A stretch of DNA of 64,000 nucleotides from Eukaryota sp. GEM-RC1. Its lineage: Eukaryota. The notes beneath the pieces are model-generated. The model was not told where the DNA came from and searched no databases. It saw only the letters and a program-made list of their open reading frames with translations. Numbering within the stretch: position 1 is the first letter of the stretch; each line of letters starts with the position of its first letter. Shown piece by piece: positions 59,608 to 64,000 of the stretch. The translations under genes were made by a program, and so were the position numbers. The stretch is from positions 1,674,001-1,738,000 of the forward strand of contig JAUFOQ010000013.1 in the NCBI GenBank assembly GCA_040285855.1, read 5' to 3'.

Positions 59608-61686
59608 ATGGCTAGACTCACCTTCTCATCAAACATCAGGGATGCTCTTATCATACTTATCATACTTGTAGCTTTCTGGTTTACTCTTTCGAAAAGAATG
59701 GAACTTAGTCTAACTCTACAATATCAAATACCAACATTTTCCTCAAAAGGTGGTATTATCTCTAAGTACAATAACAAACTACCTCCACCAATTATTTCTA
59801 AACTAGACAATGAACGCAATTATCTTATTAAAGTTTCAGCTGAACCCGCTCTTCTCATATACGATCTCACCACAAAATCATCTCCATACAATCCTCGCAG
59901 CCCAAAGGTCAAACCAAAACATCCCTCACCAATAGCCAAAGTCAGCCTCTTATCTAAGGACACTTCTTCTCCTTCTGCTTTCCCTGTTGCTCTTGCTGCC
60001 GGCAATCTCTATACCGAATCTCGACCTCAGAACCTTTCTACTACACCCCCATCTCACCAAATCATTTCTATTGTTTTCGAGGACTTCTCCGTTCAGACTT
60101 TCGACTCTTCTCTTAAACTCCTGTGGTCTGCCCCTCTCTACCACGATCAAGAAGACGCTCTTCATGACCTCCTTTACTTTGATGCCACTCTAGTCATCGT
60201 TCCCCAACGAATCCAGGTAAAAGACGTTGGTGCAGTAATTGTTGGAATTTCTCCTAAAAAGAAAACACATCAAGAACGAGACAATGACTTTGCTCCGTTC
60301 GATGAGGAGCTACTACCTCACCACGACTACTTCGCTTTTGACGGTCTAACTGGAGCTCATCGCTGGTGCCACGTGTCATCCGATGACGTGTCACTTTCCC
60401 ATTCAACTCTTGATTGGTGGAATGTGGATGAACGAACCACTGCCTCAGCCGTATCACATGGACATCACCAAACAGAGAATGATTGGCGAGTGTTTAGAAC
60501 AAGTGTGTTGGACGTGTTGCCTTTCCAGTATACAACAAGTCAAGATTCTTCAATGACTTCGAACTTTTTTATTACAGATGAAAAGTTGTTGGAAGAAGTA
60601 GCTCGAAATCCAAGGATAAATGCAATGAAGGAAAAGATTTCTCAGGAAGTCTTTTCTCCTTTCATCTCAGTTGAAGAACAACGGCAGAGGTATTTAGCAA
60701 GGTTACTGCAAGAGCAATTCAAGGAGGATTTAGTTTATGATAATGTTGTGGTTGCAAGGTGGTCTAATGGAATTGAAGTTATTCATTTGTATTCTGGGAA
60801 AGTTTTGACTCATTTGATTCTACCGTCGAGTAATGTGTATTGTGATTTAAATAATGATGGAATAATTGAAAAAATCGAGGTCGGGTATTTACCTCTTGAT
60901 CACGATTCTGAGCTCATGTTTTCACCTAGATGTAAAGTTTCTGTTGTTCAATTGTCCAGTTCGGGAAGGTCGATTTTCGAAGGATCAATCTGTCACGTGC
61001 ACGATGATTTTTCCGATTTGATTATCCCACGTTCCCCTGCTGCCAATCACCATCATCACCATGAGGGTCAGGGATCAGGAAACAGGAAAGGAAAGAAATC
61101 AAACACTCAGTTTGCAGACGAGCCACACGATTTGATTATTGACGCGTCAATGCCACTGATTGACCAAGAAAGTCACCAAATGATTTTCTCGACTTCTGAT
61201 GGATTATTAACTGCCTATTCCATCGACGGTTACCTGCTTTGGCAGTCACACAATGGAGCTCCTTGGTCAGTGATTCTAAGCGAGTATAACCCCCATGAAG
61301 AAGCACTGACGCCTAGTATTTTAAAATTTTCAATTAGTTCTAAATTTGATGGGTATCTTTCCTATTCAGAAAGCGCTGTGCACTTAGCTTCAACTCATGG
61401 TGACCATTTAGCTGAAATTCATCCTCGATCTGGAAGTCTCCAATCAAAACCAATCATTGATGATGTGATGAATACCAGGAGTAATGCACTAATATTATCA
61501 ACTCAGAAGTCAATTTTGGTATATTCTTTTAATTTACATCATCAGGCTAATGTCATGGCTCGATCACTGCTTATCACTGTTGCGTTGGCTGCTATTATAG
61601 TGTTTGTTAGTTTAAGTAATAGTTTTAAGGGGGTACGAGTTGAGGATTTGGTTGTTGAAAAGGAAGAGCAACGGACGTCTCTGTAA
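59608..61686 (+). CDS. FG-GAP-repeat / NERD1 (At3g51050)-like membrane protein
   Basis: N-terminal RDALIILII TM, HHDYFAFDGLTGAHRW, RVFRTSVLDVLP, VVVARWSNGIEVIHLYSGK, YCDLNNDGIIE, and a C-terminal TM. Confidence 0.7.
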   Translation: MARLTFSSNIRDALIILIILVAFWFTLSKRMELSLTLQYQIPTFSSKGGIISKYNNKLPPPIISKLDNERNYLIKVSAEPALLIYDLTTKSSPYNPRSPKVKPKHPSPIAKVSLLSKDTSSPSAFPVALAAGNLYTESRPQNLSTTPPSHQIISIVFEDFSVQTFDSSLKLLWSAPLYHDQEDALHDLLYFDATLVIVPQRIQVKDVGAVIVGISPKKKTHQERDNDFAPFDEELLPHHDYFAFDGLTGAHRWCHVSSDDVSLSHSTLDWWNVDERTTASAVSHGHHQTENDWRVFRTSVLDVLPFQYTTSQDSSMTSNFFITDEKLLEEVARNPRINAMKEKISQEVFSPFISVEEQRQRYLARLLQEQFKEDLVYDNVVVARWSNGIEVIHLYSGKVLTHLILPSSNVYCDLNNDGIIEKIEVGYLPLDHDSELMFSPRCKVSVVQLSSSGRSIFEGSICHVHDDFSDLIIPRSPAANHHHHHEGQGSGNRKGKKSNTQFADEPHDLIIDASMPLIDQESHQMIFSTSDGLLTAYSIDGYLLWQSHNGAPWSVILSEYNPHEEALTPSILKFSISSKFDGYLSYSESAVHLASTHGDHLAEIHPRSGSLQSKPIIDDVMNTRSNALILSTQKSILVYSFNLHHQANVMARSLLITVALAAIIVFVSLSNSFKGVRVEDLVVEKEEQRTSL

Positions 61687-62133
61687 ATTTAATATTTTGC
61701 GTAATTTATTCAGAATTTCCAATGGTAATATGACTGATAAAACACAGTTTTCTTATATGGTTTTGTTCTTATTCTAATCGCAACTGATCCTTTGATTTCA
61801 CTCTTGCTGATCGTAGTTCTCACCATGTGATATTGAGTCAGAGGTTATCAACCAACACAAAAAAACGAAATAGCCAACTGATTGCTTGTCAAAATTCTAT
61901 TACTCAACAAATATTAAAATTTCAAGGTCCCACAAATACTAGAAATCATTTTCCCCCGTATGTCTGGCGATGGTAACAGATCCGCACGACCACAAAGAGG
62001 CGCAATGTCAATCAGAGTATCAAAACTAGAAGTAATCAAATCAAATGAATTTGAGAAATCTTTTAATTCTACAGTTTGTCTACAGTTTTTGTGGAAATGC
62101 TCAGACTTAAAACCAGGACACATTACTCCTTGC

Positions 62134-64000
62134 ATGTCTAAGGAACAACGTCAAAGTCCGATTAGTCCATCGAGGCCTTATGTTCACTCTACAGGACAAC
62201 CAGTTCCGGGATCTCCTCCAATGACTTTCAGTTCACCAAAAGCATCTCTAAGCAAGAGTGATTCTGGATCTCCCACGTCTGAACCGATGGCCGCTCCAGT
62301 TCCAGTTCTTCCTTCCACCAAGAAGCTACGTGCAATTACTCCGTTGGAGCGTAGTGAGTCAGGACGTCTAGCCTCCCACTTTCTGCTTTCTCCAACACGT
62401 AAGAAGGAAAACGTCATCGAAGGAAGTTTCATCCGACCAATGCCTGAAGAACTCAGCTCAATGAGTGTAGCTGAAATCCTTTCACTGGAGAAAGATGCTG
62501 AACACTCCCCCAAAGCTCGAATGGGGCTGCTCTGGAGACTTGTTTCTGCATACATCCCTACTGATCCTGGAACCATTCTTAGACACGTTGCTTCTCACTT
62601 AGAATTCTCCCTTGCACGATCCAGATTTTCCTACAACCCTGAAGCTCTGTTCTTAGCAACCGCCTACTCAGTCCGTGATCGGCTTATTCAGTTCTGGAAT
62701 GATACTAGTATGTAGAACACTTCATCATTTTCACCCCAGGTCAGTTCTTTAACGCTTCTAATTGTAAACGGGCCTATTATTTATCCATTGAATTTCTCAT
62801 GGGCAGACAAATGCTCAATGCTCTAGTCAATCTGGATATCCTTGCTGAGTATAGAAGTGCTCTACTTCAACTGGGTTTCCCATTAGAACGACTATGTGAA
62901 GAAGAAAAAGATGCTGCTCTTGGTAATGGTGGCCTTGGTAGACTTGCCGCTTGCATGCTCGATTCAGCTGCAACTCTAGATATGCCAGTATGGGGTTATG
63001 GACTGAAGTACTCCTATGGAATGTTCAAACAAAACCTAGTTCGAGGATACCAATACGAACTTCCAGACTTCTGGTTAACTAGTGATATGGCATGGGTCAT
63101 AGAAAGAACTGATGTTCAGTATGAGGTTATGTTCTATGGTTCTGTGTCTGGTCTTGACTCTGAGAACAGAGCAACTTGGACAGGAGGACAAATCATCCTG
63201 GCATGTGCTCATGGTTTGTCACATCTTACCATCTTACTCTAGACTTCCCAATTCCTGGATTTGGTACCTATAATTGCACTAATATCAGACTCTGGTCATC
63301 CCGTCCTGCCAAAGAGTTTGATCTAGAAGCTTTCAATACTGGTGAGTACTACAAGATCGTTGAACAACGTCAAGATGCTGAGAACTTGACCAGTGTACTT
63401 TACCCTGATGACTCTTCTGAGCCTGGACGAGTGCTCCGTTTGAAGCAACAGTACTTCTTTGTTGCTGCCTCACTAGCTGACATTGTACGCAGATTCAAGA
63501 AGATGGTTGGTCCTGCCTTGAACTGGGAATGTTTCCCTGACTTGAACACTCTCCAACTCAATGATACCCATCCTGTATGATACTTGTTCTCATATCTAAC
63601 TTCAGAGTTTAGCTATTCCGGAATTGTTGCGAATTTTGATGGATGTTGAACGTCTTACTTTCAAGCAGGCATTCTCCATTGTCAAGAGATCTTACAATTA
63701 CACTTGCCATACACTCCTTCCTGAAGCCCTGGAAAAGTGGCCAATGGCTACCTTTGCTCATCTTCTCCCACGTCATTTGCAATTGATTCTCCTAATCAAC
63801 CATCATCACTTGGAACACTGTCGTAAAACACTTGGAGCAGATCATCCTGCCATCTCAGAGCTTTCTCTTATTGAAGAAGATCCTTCCAAAATGATTCGAA
63901 TGGCTAACTTGTGTGTTATTGGTTCAACTCATGTCAATGGGGTTGCGCGTATGCATGGAGCTCTCATGAAGAAACATGTTTTCAAGAACTTCACCCTCCT
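62134..64000 (+). CDS. Glycogen/alpha-glucan phosphorylase, three short introns, runs off the window
   Basis: ATAYSVRDRL, YYLSIEFLMGR, DAALGNGGLGRLAAC, VLYPDD..GRVLRLKQQYFF, QLNDTHP, HTLLPEALEKW, VNGVA. Introns at 62708-62739, 63214-63242 and 63575-63605. The start could be at 61960. Confidence 0.95.

Overview
AT-rich eukaryotic (protist-like) DNA. It uses the standard genetic code and has 29-32 nt GT-AG introns. The left two-thirds is accessory and transposon-rich. (1) A tandem array of nine LRR copies (6.5-20.1 kb, minus strand) plus a tenth at 30.7 kb. One copy is a full RING/B-box/B-box/coiled-coil/LRR (TRIM-like) gene; the others are N-terminally truncated cassettes built from shuffled 84-bp modules that vary almost only at the predicted binding-surface residues. 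(2) A degenerate Fanzor (eukaryotic TnpB-like RNA-guided nuclease) gene at ~31.35-32.92 kb with all three RuvC motifs and a Cys-rich finger. It is followed by ~300 nt of strongly base-paired sequence (candidate omegaRNA), and a probable Fanzor N-terminal fragment sits at 5.87-6.22 kb on the other side of the LRR array. (3) A Ty3/Gypsy LTR element (33222-41056, 102-bp identical LTRs, TACT TSD) inserted immediately after that structured region, with a MULE (9-bp TSD) nested in one LTR. (4) hAT and TA-flanked MITEs, many LINE 3' fragments, a disrupted kelch/Cys-rich membrane protein gene and a RING-pseudokinase-Sel1 gene. The right end holds housekeeping genes: glycine cleavage P1 with an N-terminal extension, a START protein, DBR1, KIN17, an FG-GAP/NERD1-like protein and glycogen phosphorylase. 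Several frameshifts fall in homopolymer runs and may be sequencing errors. All family assignments are by motif recognition, not database search.
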